Positions 7,373 to 15,780 are shown, numbered from the stretch's first letter. The stretch: 32,000 nt of DNA from Ruminococcus albus 7 = DSM 20455 (GCF_000179635.2 NC_014833.1:1710001-1742000); one strand, 5' to 3'. Notes: generated from the letters alone by a model not told the origin. Numbers and translations: made by a program.

Positions 7373-8986
7373 ATGGAAAAAAATGTAGTGGGGAAAAGTA
7401 AAATTGTGTTGGTTTCAGTACTGGTGATATTTGCAGTGCTGGCGGCTTTGCTGCCGATGAATGCAGCTGCTGAGGAAGTGCAGACGCTGGTTACTCCCTA
7501 TGATGAACTGTGGAAAGGTGATATCACAGTTACAGCGGGTGTTCCTGTCAGGTGGTATGTAAATGTTCCCGAAGGTACCGAGCCACGCGGCTGCGGTGCT
7601 ACCGTAAAGATCCCTGGGCTTGGTTTTGGCACAGATACCCATAACAAGGAGGAGGGTCATATAGTACTCAAGGAGGGGAATAATTTTATATACGAATTCA
7701 CTCCCGAAATGGAAGAGGATATCCTCTTTACCTGCTGGATGGGATCCGGCTGTCATAAAAACTATATCCATGTCAAAGCCGCTGAAGATCAGGGCAGCGA
7801 GGGAAATCCGTCCGGGGCTTCAGAAGAAAACGGAGCCAAAAAGATAGTTACTGCATACAGCGATCTCTGGACAGGAGTGATATCTGCAAAAGTCGGAGAG
7901 CCTGTAAGGTGGTATGTAAGTGTTCCTGAGGGTACCGAACCCCGCGGCTGCGGTGCTACCGTAAAGATCCCCGATCTGGGTTTCGGTACAGATACATACA
8001 ATAAGGAAGAGGGTCATATAGTCCTCAAGGAGGGCGAGAATTTCATATACGAATTCACTCCCGAAATGACCGGCGATATCCTATTTACGTGCTGGATGGG
8101 ATCTGGTTGTCATTCCAATTATTTCCATATAACCGAGAATGGCACATATTCTGTTCCCGCCCCCGCTGATCCCTCTGATATTACTGCTTCATGGAACGGT
8201 GAAAACGCTGTAATAGGATTTACAACACCCATAGCCCCCGAGGGTTCAAAGATAAAGGGCTACAAGGTAATAGCAGCCGATGATGAAGGCAACAGAAAGA
8301 AAGCAACAGGAGATTCAAGTCCTGTTATTATTGAAGGGCTTGATAGCAGCAAAAACTACACGATAACCGTTACCACGCTTGGTACATCAGGCAAAAGCGA
8401 GGGCGGCAGCGCTGTACTCTCGGCGGTGACACAGAGTATCCCTGAAAATAAACCCGATGACGACAGCAAGGCAGACTCATCACCGGCAAAAGAAGTACAG
8501 ATAATTGTTACAGATTTTGCTGACCTCTGGACTGGAAATATCACCGTTAAGCAGGGCGTTTCTGTCAGGTGGTATGTAAATGTCGTGAATGGTGCAGACG
8601 CCAAGGGCTGTGCCGCTACCATAAAGATACCCGGACTTGGCTTCGGTACTGACACGCACAACAAGAATGAGGGTCATATAGTTCTTAAAGAGGGAGAAAA
8701 CTTCATATACGAATTTACACCCGAAACTTCAGGCGATATCCTATTTACCTGCTGGATGGGTTCGGGCTGCCATTACAATTATATCCATGTTACCTCGGAC
8801 GGGATTGCTGATCCCTCTGCCGCAACAGGCGGAAAGGTTAACAGCAGACCAGACAGCCGATCAGACAGCAGCACAGCAGTAAAGAATAATTCAGCAAATC
8901 CCAAAACGGGTAACACTGATTACTCCATATTACTTATCATAGCAATTGTCGCACTTATACTCATCAGCAGGAAAAAGGCAAAATAG
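7373..8986 (+). CDS. Cell-wall-anchored surface protein with three cupredoxin-like Cys/His/Met modules, one Fn3-like domain and an NPKTG-type sorting signal
   Basis: Strong RBS AAGGAGG 7 nt upstream and a signal peptide. The module ...PVRWYVNVPEGTEPRGCGATVKIPGLGFGTDTHNKEEGHIVLKEGxNFIYEFTPExxxDILFTCWMGSGCH occurs three times. The C-terminus reads NPKTG-hydrophobic-RKKAK. Confidence 0.85.
   Translation: MEKNVVGKSKIVLVSVLVIFAVLAALLPMNAAAEEVQTLVTPYDELWKGDITVTAGVPVRWYVNVPEGTEPRGCGATVKIPGLGFGTDTHNKEEGHIVLKEGNNFIYEFTPEMEEDILFTCWMGSGCHKNYIHVKAAEDQGSEGNPSGASEENGAKKIVTAYSDLWTGVISAKVGEPVRWYVSVPEGTEPRGCGATVKIPDLGFGTDTYNKEEGHIVLKEGENFIYEFTPEMTGDILFTCWMGSGCHSNYFHITENGTYSVPAPADPSDITASWNGENAVIGFTTPIAPEGSKIKGYKVIAADDEGNRKKATGDSSPVIIEGLDSSKNYTITVTTLGTSGKSEGGSAVLSAVTQSIPENKPDDDSKADSSPAKEVQIIVTDFADLWTGNITVKQGVSVRWYVNVVNGADAKGCAATIKIPGLGFGTDTHNKNEGHIVLKEGENFIYEFTPETSGDILFTCWMGSGCHYNYIHVTSDGIADPSAATGGKVNSRPDSRSDSSTAVKNNSANPKTGNTDYSILLIIAIVALILISRKKAK
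7481..7774 (+). repeat. Intragenic repeat unit 1 (cupredoxin-like module, aa 37-134)
   Basis: It shares long identical DNA strings with units 2 and 3 (for example GGTGGTATGTAA, GGTCATATAGT, ATATACGAATT, CTGCTGGATGGG). Confidence 0.8.
7841..8131 (+). repeat. Intragenic repeat unit 2 (aa 157-253)
   Basis: Roughly 85% DNA identity to unit 1 by eye. CGCGGCTGCGGTGCTACCGTAAAGATCCC is identical in both. Confidence 0.8.
8495..8791 (+). repeat. Intragenic repeat unit 3 (aa 375-473)
   Basis: More diverged (VNGADAKGCAAT replaces PEGTEPRGCGAT), but the THNK(E/N)EGH and FTCWMGSGCH ligand-like motifs are kept. Confidence 0.8.
8897..8986 (+). other. C-terminal sorting signal: NPKTG motif, hydrophobic helix, basic tail
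   Basis: AAT CCC AAA ACG GGT at 8897-8911, then TDYSILLIIAIVALILIS and RKKAK-stop. Confidence 0.65.
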
Positions 8987-9030
8987 CGCATGATCATGTG
9001 ATATTTGCATACTGATCACGAATATATGAT

Positions 9031-9068
9031 AACTGCCCCCTGATGTTAGTTCACACCGGAGGGCAGTT
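9031..9068. terminator. Hairpin between convergent genes (probable bidirectional terminator)
   Basis: AACTGCCC(CC) ... (GG)aGGGCAGTT. The flanking T/A tracts are weak. Confidence 0.45.
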
Positions 9069-9080
9069 TATATACAGCGC

Positions 9081-9884
9081 TCATACGCCGAATGTATTTT
9101 TGAATGCAGTTATGTTTCTGCCGTCGGGTTTCCCGTATACAGCGAATACTATGTGGGTGAAGCATTTTTCGTAGCCATCATCTTTAAGGACATTTTGGAA
9201 ATATCCTGACACCTTCTCAGGAGGATTGCCGAAGGCACCGCATCCCCACGCACCAAGCACAAGCTCACGGCATCCGTGGGATGCGGCTGTATGAAGCATT
9301 ATACGTATGCGCCTTGTCATGGTTTCTTCTATCAGTTTTTCTGATGCTATCAAAGCAGCACCGCGTCTGTTTGGTGCAGGAACAGTTATGACCGATACGC
9401 GGAAGGGTGTTGGCAAAAGCTTCATATCGCTGTCACGGAATACCCATACCTCAGGTGAAAACAGCATATAGTCTGATTCTGTTCTTGAAAGGTGAGTGTT
9501 GTTGAATAAGTACATCTCGGTTGCAGCAGCAGATGTTATTGAACGGTACAGGGTACTGCATCTGCACAATGATTCCTCCTGTGCGTGAGCCCCATGACGA
9601 AATCCGCCGCCGGGCTTGTGGGCATTGGCGAAGTTCATTACCATTGGTTCTTTAAGCCGCCTTGCAGCCTGAAAGGAATCCTCACAGGTAACTTCGGTAA
9701 CACAGGATCCACCTGTGAAGTATTCTGATATATCCATAGCGAGCATATCTTTACCAATCGCGGGGGTTATTACCTCAACCGCAGACATATCATTCTTCGG
9801 CAGATCTATCGTTCTGCCCTCTGCTGTGTATTTATGCTCATCGGTTATCCTTATAGTCTCATTTGCGATAGCTATATAATTCAT
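9081..9884 (-). CDS. Bacterial-type poly(ADP-ribose) glycohydrolase-like macrodomain protein (DUF2263 / TIGR02452 family)
   Basis: NFANAHKPGGGFRHGAHAQEES matches the GGG-X7-QEE catalytic signature of microbial PARG. 267 aa. RBS GGGAGA lies 6 nt upstream. Confidence 0.82.
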   Translation of the reverse strand: MNYIAIANETIRITDEHKYTAEGRTIDLPKNDMSAVEVITPAIGKDMLAMDISEYFTGGSCVTEVTCEDSFQAARRLKEPMVMNFANAHKPGGGFRHGAHAQEESLCRCSTLYRSITSAAATEMYLFNNTHLSRTESDYMLFSPEVWVFRDSDMKLLPTPFRVSVITVPAPNRRGAALIASEKLIEETMTRRIRIMLHTAASHGCRELVLGAWGCGAFGNPPEKVSGYFQNVLKDDGYEKCFTHIVFAVYGKPDGRNITAFKNTFGV

Positions 9885-9894
9885 AATGTATCTC

Positions 9895-9931
9895 CCGAAG
9901 AAAAGCCCGAAACGCGTGAGTTTGCGGGCTT
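9895..9931 (-). terminator. Hairpin terminator/attenuator between the GGDEF gene and the PARG-like gene
   Basis: On the minus strand: AAGCCCG(c)AAAC-loop-GTTTCGGGCTT followed by TTCTTC. The PARG RBS follows directly. Confidence 0.5.
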
Positions 9932-9945
9932 GTTGGTAAATGTGG

Positions 9946-11688
9946 TCATACTACTACGAATCTGTTCTTGCCGCCGCGCTTTGCATCGTAAAGCGCTGAA
10001 TCAACACGGAAGAGAAGTTCATCGAGTGTATCGTCATCCAGTGCTTCGGTAACTCCAACAGATATAGTTCGCTGTCCCGCAAGAGGGAATTCTATATCAT
10101 TGAAATAATTTACCATTTCCTTAGCTGCAATTATAGCATCATTTACGCCTACAGGAAGCAATACCATGAATTCCTCACCGCCCCAGCGTCCTGCGGAGGC
10201 TATATTGTCGTGTCTTGCAATGCCTTCCTTCAGCATATCTGCAAGTCCTATTATGACGTTGTCACCTTCATTGTGTCCATAGGTATCGTTAACGGATTTG
10301 AAGTTGTCGATATCTATCATTACCAGTGACAGCGGCTTGCCGCTTATGAGTCGTTCGTTTATTCTGTGCTGTATTTCCGCACGGTTGTAAAGCTTCGTAA
10401 GGCTGTCAAGGATCGCGGCTTCTTCCAGCTCACGGAATGCAGCATTGATATAGTTGGCAAGGCGGTTAATAAGCGCCATCTTGCCTGTGAACTCATTTTC
10501 ATCGACTTCAAGGGCTTTTGCAGGTAAATCCTCTGCAAGTCCCTCACGCATACCTACCAGCACCATGGTAACATTGTGCTGATTGACATATTTGCCTGTA
10601 CGCAGAAATTCACCCGAGGTGTAGAATCCTGAGGTCGGCGCGATGTTTCCGAATGGCATGGATTCTTTGGATATCTCTGTATTTCCCCAGAAGCTTCGCC
10701 TTGCAGCGCAGGAAAATATCTGTACGTTCTCGGGTCTGAAATCTCGTATCTTGATACCTTCTTCTCGTACAGATTCCAGTATCGTACCGGGATCACCGTA
10801 AGCAAGCTGAGCAGATACATCTGATTCCATATCAGATGTCATCATCAGCGAACCGTCTTTCAGGCTCTCGGTAGGCGCACGCAGTATATTTATGCCGTGA
10901 TGGTTATAAAAGAACGGAAATTCCAGCGTGTGACTGAAAAATTTATCGTCATTCTTTATATTGAGATATTTGTGGTATACATCGTAAGCGGGAGCACCGT
11001 CAAGCTCATACAGCCTGCTGCCCTCTGACTTGGTTACATGGAATACCTTTCCAAGAGGTTTCCATCCGGTAACATAGGTGGATATGATATCAAGATCTTC
11101 TCCGCCAAGCAGCCAGAATACTACACTTCCTTCGGATATGCCTCCGTTCTTTGAAAATACGCAGGCATGATGATCGTTTACATCCGCTGCAAAAGCACCG
11201 CCTCCGAATATCTGTATATCTGGCTTAGCCTGACTCAGCTTTTCGCAGAAGCCCGTCATAGACATACCGCGTATAGTCGTTAACAGTTCCACCGCCTTGA
11301 CCCAGGGATTCCTGTCTATCATATCAAGCAGGTCATCAGTGACCGCTTCATAGGTCTCAGCAGAAAGGTCATACTGCTTTATTATCATATTTGTGGAAGG
11401 AAATTCAAAAACAGTGCATATCAGGCTAATCTCTTCGCCCGAATATTCACCGCCGATGATATTGCCGTTTGTTGAGCATCCGAAGTATTCAGCATTCGGC
11501 AGTTCTCTGCTGACAATGTCACATACGTTTTTAATTTTTTCTACATCGTTGTTCTCCGAATATATCTGGAATACGATATGGGAGTATACACTTGAATCAC
11601 ACCAGAGCCTTATTTTTGTAAGTTCATTCTTGAGTGTAAAATCAGTGTGATAGTCAAACTGGAATTGTCTCAATATTATCGCCTCCAC
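9946..11688 (-). CDS. FIST-domain sensor fused to a GGDEF diguanylate cyclase
   Basis: FIST_N/C signatures are YFGCSTNGNIIGGE, IQIFGGGA and SGFYTSGEF. The GGDEF domain has an intact active site RWGGEEF and no canonical RxxD I-site 5 residues upstream. The longest ORF starts with GTG at 11688 without an SD. An in-frame TTG at 11673 lies 8 nt after GGAGG and is the more likely start. Confidence 0.88.
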   Translation of the reverse strand: MEAIILRQFQFDYHTDFTLKNELTKIRLWCDSSVYSHIVFQIYSENNDVEKIKNVCDIVSRELPNAEYFGCSTNGNIIGGEYSGEEISLICTVFEFPSTNMIIKQYDLSAETYEAVTDDLLDMIDRNPWVKAVELLTTIRGMSMTGFCEKLSQAKPDIQIFGGGAFAADVNDHHACVFSKNGGISEGSVVFWLLGGEDLDIISTYVTGWKPLGKVFHVTKSEGSRLYELDGAPAYDVYHKYLNIKNDDKFFSHTLEFPFFYNHHGINILRAPTESLKDGSLMMTSDMESDVSAQLAYGDPGTILESVREEGIKIRDFRPENVQIFSCAARRSFWGNTEISKESMPFGNIAPTSGFYTSGEFLRTGKYVNQHNVTMVLVGMREGLAEDLPAKALEVDENEFTGKMALINRLANYINAAFRELEEAAILDSLTKLYNRAEIQHRINERLISGKPLSLVMIDIDNFKSVNDTYGHNEGDNVIIGLADMLKEGIARHDNIASAGRWGGEEFMVLLPVGVNDAIIAAKEMVNYFNDIEFPLAGQRTISVGVTEALDDDTLDELLFRVDSALYDAKRGGKNRFVVV

Positions 11689-11721
11689 TCACAATGATAA
11701 TAAGTTTCTTTGCGTAAAATA

Positions 11722-11750
11722 ATTATACCACATTTCATTGTAAATTTCAA
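11722..11750 (-). promoter_or_regulatory. Candidate sigma-A promoter of the FIST-GGDEF gene
   Basis: On the minus strand: TTGAAA (11750-11745), 17-nt spacer, TGgTATAAT (-10 at 11727-11722). Confidence 0.5.
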
Positions 11751-11826
11751 GTATATTCATAGTGCTTCTCTGAAATTCACAATAGATTTCCAAGGTTTTG
11801 TACATTATATTATTCCGGATGTGTAC

Positions 11827-11855
11827 TTGAAATTTATTACGATATGTGATATATT
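11827..11855 (+). promoter_or_regulatory. Candidate promoter of the 215-aa orphan gene
   Basis: TTGAAA (11827-11832), 17-nt spacer, TGaTATATT (-10 at 11850-11855). Confidence 0.45.
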
Positions 11856-11879
11856 TGTAATATAGAGGAGGGGAGTGCT

Positions 11880-12527
11880 TTGAAAAGAAACTGGCTGACT
11901 TCTGCCGATAAGGCAGCGCGTGGTAGAACGAAACGTACATTGGATAATTTTGCACATAATACGGCGGTATTTGATGAATACAGTAGCAGACTTCTGCACG
12001 GACAGCGAACCCGACCGCTGTGTGATATGCGATACGGGACTTACCCTCTCAGCTGGAACGGCTGCGAACTCATCGCCTGCTATAATTGTGCTGTTCTGCT
12101 TGGCAGGCAGATATCTTTTCCTCAGGTGGTATTTGAATTCGAGCTGAACCGTATGCACTATATTTTCCCGAACGGCTATTGGGGAACAGCGCCTAAAAAG
12201 CTGTGGTATTTCTTTATAAAACATGATATGCCGTACCGCTCCTTCCGCGACGGCGGTCAGTTTGCCAAATACGCCAGAACGGAGAGAGCCTCATGCGGTA
12301 TAATCTCTTTCTGGAACAATGAACGTTCGACCGCAAGATTCCATGGACTGGATTTTTTCAGCGGAGGACTTCATACCGTAGCCTACAGATACCGAGCAGG
12401 AAGATTCTTTGTGTACAACCTGTTCGGCAAAGATACCGCAACACGTTCATTTGCAGATATCAGCGAGGTTTACAGCGATAATCGTTTCATTATCGGCTAT
12501 ATTTTTGATGGTGATATAAAGGAATGA
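11880..12527 (+). CDS. Hypothetical protein, possible papain-fold (C39-like) cysteine peptidase
   Basis: TTG start 6 nt after the strong RBS GAGGAGGGG. Candidate nucleophile context is SWNGCELIACYNCAVLLG and candidate His is GGLHTVAY. No signal peptide. The function call is weak. Confidence 0.65.
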   Translation: MKRNWLTSADKAARGRTKRTLDNFAHNTAVFDEYSSRLLHGQRTRPLCDMRYGTYPLSWNGCELIACYNCAVLLGRQISFPQVVFEFELNRMHYIFPNGYWGTAPKKLWYFFIKHDMPYRSFRDGGQFAKYARTERASCGIISFWNNERSTARFHGLDFFSGGLHTVAYRYRAGRFFVYNLFGKDTATRSFADISEVYSDNRFIIGYIFDGDIKE

Positions 12528-12528
12528 T

Positions 12529-12557
12529 TTGACAATTAATGTATGATATGATACAAT
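12529..12557 (+). promoter_or_regulatory. Sigma-A promoter of the flavodiiron gene
   Basis: TTGACA (12529-12534), 17-nt spacer, TGaTACAAT (12549-12557). RBS AGGAGG lies 8 nt before the ATG. Confidence 0.6.
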
Positions 12558-12587
12558 AATAGTATACGTTATCAGGAGGTAATAGAA

Positions 12588-13757
12588 ATGGCAGAAGTTA
12601 AAATTTCAGAAAGCATAGTATACATAGGTGCTGACGATAAGGACATTGATCTTTTTGAAAGTCAGTATGATGTACCTAACGGTATGGCTTACAATTCGTA
12701 TGCAATACTCGATGACAAGGTTTGTATCATGGATACTGCCGACAAGCGCGTAAGTGATGTATGGCTTGCAAATGTTAAAAAGGCTCTTGGCGGAAGAAAG
12801 GCTGACTATCTTGTTGTACAGCACGTTGAGCCCGATCATTCGGGAAATATCGCAAAGCTCATGGAAGAGTATCCCGATATGAAGGTGGTGGGTAATGCAA
12901 AGACCTTCACTATGCTGGGACAGTTCTTTGATATACCGGGTATCGGATCGCGTTCGGTGATCGTCAAGGAGGGCGATACGCTCGAGCTTGGCAGCCACAC
13001 ACTTAAATTCTTTATGACACCTATGGTACACTGGCCTGAGGTAATGATGACCTTTGAGATCAGTGAAGGTGCATTCTTCTCGGCAGATGCTTTCGGTAAG
13101 TTCGGAACTCTCGATACTGACGAGGACTGGGCTTGCGAGGCAAGAAGATACTATTTCAATATCGTAGGCAAGTACGGCGCACAGGTACAGGCTGTTCTCA
13201 AAAAGGCAGCTGCGCTTGATATAAAAATGATACTTCCCCTCCACGGTCCGATACTGACCGAAAATCTGGACTACTATGTAGGCCTTTACAATACATGGTC
13301 AAGCTACGAACCTGAGAACAAGGGCATATTCATCGCTTGTGCTTCTATTCACGGCAACACTCTCGCAGCTGCTGAAAAGCTGAAGGAGATGCTGGAGGCA
13401 AGGGGAGCTGAAAAGGTATCACTCTCTGATATAACCCGTGATGATCAGGCAGAGGCAGTCGAGGACGCATTCCGTTATGACAGACTTGTGCTCATGTCGT
13501 CATCCTATGACGGCGGCGTGTTCCCTCCTATGGAGGAACTGCTAATGCACCTGCGTGACAAGACTTACAGAAACAGAAAGGTAGCGATAGTAGAAAACGG
13601 CTCATGGGCACCCTCTGCAGCAAGGGTCATCAAGGGATATGTTGAAAAATTCAAGGATATCACATTGATCGAACCTGTTGTTACTATAAAGTCAGCACTT
13701 AATGCTGAAAGTGAAAAAGCACTGGCTGAACTTGCAGATGCTCTGACAGCAGAGTAA
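12588..13757 (+). CDS. fprA: Flavodiiron protein (A-type flavoprotein: metallo-beta-lactamase-like di-iron domain plus flavodoxin domain)
   Basis: The di-iron ligand motif VQHVEPDHSG is present. The C-terminal flavodoxin-like half contains IFIACASIHGNT. 389 aa. Confidence 0.88.
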   Translation: MAEVKISESIVYIGADDKDIDLFESQYDVPNGMAYNSYAILDDKVCIMDTADKRVSDVWLANVKKALGGRKADYLVVQHVEPDHSGNIAKLMEEYPDMKVVGNAKTFTMLGQFFDIPGIGSRSVIVKEGDTLELGSHTLKFFMTPMVHWPEVMMTFEISEGAFFSADAFGKFGTLDTDEDWACEARRYYFNIVGKYGAQVQAVLKKAAALDIKMILPLHGPILTENLDYYVGLYNTWSSYEPENKGIFIACASIHGNTLAAAEKLKEMLEARGAEKVSLSDITRDDQAEAVEDAFRYDRLVLMSSSYDGGVFPPMEELLMHLRDKTYRNRKVAIVENGSWAPSAARVIKGYVEKFKDITLIEPVVTIKSALNAESEKALAELADALTAE

Positions 13758-13769
13758 AAGATAATGATA

Positions 13770-13801
13770 CAGCGGTTCGCAGCACACGGACCGCTGTTTT
13801 T
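13770..13801 (+). terminator. Intrinsic terminator of fprA
   Basis: CAGCGGTTC / GGACCGCTG forms a 9-bp stem with one G-U pair and a 9-nt loop, followed by TTTTT. Confidence 0.75.
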
Positions 13802-14003
13802 GAGTCTTTCGTCAATAGGTATAAAACATAATTATTAAATATAAGTAAACAATCGTTGTTAGGTTATTATTTTGATATATAGATTATTTGCCTGATATAG
13901 TTTTTTGTGAAAAAGTTGTATTATATATTCAAGGTAAATGTTGGGAATAAATAACCGTGTGAACATTATCACGATAGTTCATATTATTATGGAGGATATC
14001 TAC

Positions 14004-14795
14004 ATGAATAAAATATCAGCTTCATTATTTGCATTTGTTATTGCAATTTCTGCAACTGCTTGCGGTGATACAAAAGCAAGTGAGTCAAAAAAACAAGTAT
14101 CGTCAGCAGCCGAAAGTACTGTATCCGATGAGGAAGAGATCTCTGCTGATGACAGCCCGTATACAGTTCGGGCTGATTTTTCTAAGGGAGCTTCGGATGC
14201 ATTTATCTGTTCGGACGGCTGGTCGAATGGTTCACCGTTTGACTGTAAGTGGAAAGGCTCTAACGTTTCTTTTGAGGATGGTCTGATGAAGCTGACTATC
14301 GACAGTATCATCGAGGATGAATACAATGCAGCTGAGTACCGTTCAAATTGTTTCTACGGATACGGACTTTACGAGGTATGCATGAAGCCTATCAGGAATG
14401 TTGGCGTTGTTTCCTCATTCTTCACATATACAGGTCCGTCAGACAGCAATCCCTGGGATGAGATAGATATCGAATTTCTCGGCAAGGATACCACAAAGGT
14501 GCAGTTCAATTACTATACCAACGGCAAGGGCGGTCATGAATATTTGTTTGATCTCGGTTTTGATGCAGCTGAGGAGTTCCATACCTACGGTTTTGAATGG
14601 AAAGAGGATTCCATTACCTGGTATGTTGACGGCGCGGCTGTGTATACTGCGAACGAAAACCTGCCTGTTACACCCGGTAAGATCATGATGAATGCCTGGA
14701 ACGGCAAGGGTGTTGACGGCTGGCTCGGCAAATACGACGGCACAACACCTCTAACTGCTGAATATAAGTTTGCAAGATTCACAGCAGCTGAATAA
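14004..14795 (+). CDS. GH16 beta-glucanase (licheninase/laminarinase type), lipoprotein
   Basis: The catalytic motif EIDIEFLG is present. Lipobox ISATAC. GGAGG lies 8 nt upstream of ATG 14004. The longer ORF from 13938 has no SD and would bury the signal peptide. Confidence 0.9.
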   Translation: MNKISASLFAFVIAISATACGDTKASESKKQVSSAAESTVSDEEEISADDSPYTVRADFSKGASDAFICSDGWSNGSPFDCKWKGSNVSFEDGLMKLTIDSIIEDEYNAAEYRSNCFYGYGLYEVCMKPIRNVGVVSSFFTYTGPSDSNPWDEIDIEFLGKDTTKVQFNYYTNGKGGHEYLFDLGFDAAEEFHTYGFEWKEDSITWYVDGAAVYTANENLPVTPGKIMMNAWNGKGVDGWLGKYDGTTPLTAEYKFARFTAAE

Positions 14796-14882
14796 GCCTT
14801 CTTCCGTTACTTCCTATAAAGGGGTAACGATACCCAACCATATCCATATATCCGTCGGGCGTTACCCTCGCCTGACAAAGTC

Positions 14883-14913
14883 AAGACCCTTTAATGAGGG
14901 TCTTTTCTTTTTG
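14883..14913 (+). terminator. Intrinsic terminator of the GH16 gene
   Basis: AAGACCCT-ttaatg-AGGGTCTT followed by TTCTTTTTG. Confidence 0.75.
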
Positions 14914-14940
14914 TACAAGGATCTTTAGAAATCATAATGC

Positions 14941-14981
14941 AAAAATACAGGACGTTCCTGCCTGGAGGCGGAAACGTCCTG
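14941..14981 (-). terminator. Intrinsic terminator of the AraC-family gene
   Basis: On the minus strand: ACAGGACGTT-loop-AACGTCCTGT followed by ATTTTT. Confidence 0.7.
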
Positions 14982-14988
14982 TTTGTTA

Positions 14989-15780
14989 TTATTCTTTTCC
15001 TTCCCAGCTCATCCTGAAATAATTCTCACGGAACTGTTTTGGGGTAAGACCCGTGTGCTTGCGGAAGCAGGCGATGAAATGGCTGTGGGAGCTGAAATTC
15101 AGGAAATTGCCGATGTCAAGCGGAGCATACTCTGAAAATTTCAGCATATTCTCAGCAGCCTGTATGCGCCTTGACATTATGAACTCCGATATAGTCACAC
15201 CTACCTCCTGCTTGAAAAGCTTGGATAGATACTGTGGAGTCAGACCCAGCTTGTCGGCTATCTCCTGTACACGTATGCCATTGTAGATGTTGTCATAGAT
15301 TATGTCAAGACACATAAGTACGTGCTTTGAGTAAGCGTTGCCCGAATTGATCTTCTGCATACGCTTTGCATACTCTATAAATACCTCACGGTGGATATCC
15401 TCAAGCTGTTCAACAGAGGTAGCAACATCCAGTCGATTAATGAAAATATCACTTATAGTATAGCTTGTTTCGGTAGGCAGACCCTTCTCTATGCAGAACC
15501 TGGCTATAAGCGCGATTGTGATGGTCAGATGATACTTGACATTTCTCACAGGATCATCGCTGAGTTTACCGTAGCCCTCAACAGCCAGCGGAGTGTAAAG
15601 ATCTTTTACCCGCTCAATATTGCCTGCTGCAACTGCTGAATAAAACTCAAGTTCTTTTTCATACGGCGAATGAGTTTCGCCGGTCTCACGCTGTATAAAT
15701 TCGCGTTGTGAAAGTTCTTTGTTGATGCCCACGAACAGCACCTCCTTCACAGAAGTCTGTTTTATAGTATCATACCACAT
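14989..15780 (-). CDS. AraC-family transcriptional regulator
   Basis: C-terminal double HTH (VQEIADKLGLTPQYLSKLFK ... FSSHSHFIACFRKHTGLTPKQFR). RBS AAGGAGA lies 5 nt upstream. A 7-bp palindrome AAGTCAG-N7-CTGACTT (15802-15822) sits just upstream of the RBS. Confidence 0.88.
   Translation of the reverse strand: MWYDTIKQTSVKEVLFVGINKELSQREFIQRETGETHSPYEKELEFYSAVAAGNIERVKDLYTPLAVEGYGKLSDDPVRNVKYHLTITIALIARFCIEKGLPTETSYTISDIFINRLDVATSVEQLEDIHREVFIEYAKRMQKINSGNAYSKHVLMCLDIIYDNIYNGIRVQEIADKLGLTPQYLSKLFKQEVGVTISEFIMSRRIQAAENMLKFSEYAPLDIGNFLNFSSHSHFIACFRKHTGLTPKQFRENYFRMSWEGKE

Noticed and set aside
12606-13244. 212-aa minus-strand ORF inside fprA
   Set aside because: It is antisense to a CDS with clear flavodiiron motifs. 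It has no recognisable motifs and no SD.
13938-14003. Upstream extensions offered by the ORF track (GH16 from 13938; also HK from 21321, VTC from 22781, beta-helix from 24376, dgt from 29096)
   Set aside because: In each case an internal start has a proper SD at 6-9 nt and yields a normal N-terminus (signal peptide, lipobox or family start). The extensions lack an SD or overlap the upstream gene.
14947-14959. 13-mer ACAGGACGTTCCT also present at 18373-18385
   Set aside because: By rough estimate several 13-mer coincidences are expected by chance in 32 kb. The flanks do not extend the match.
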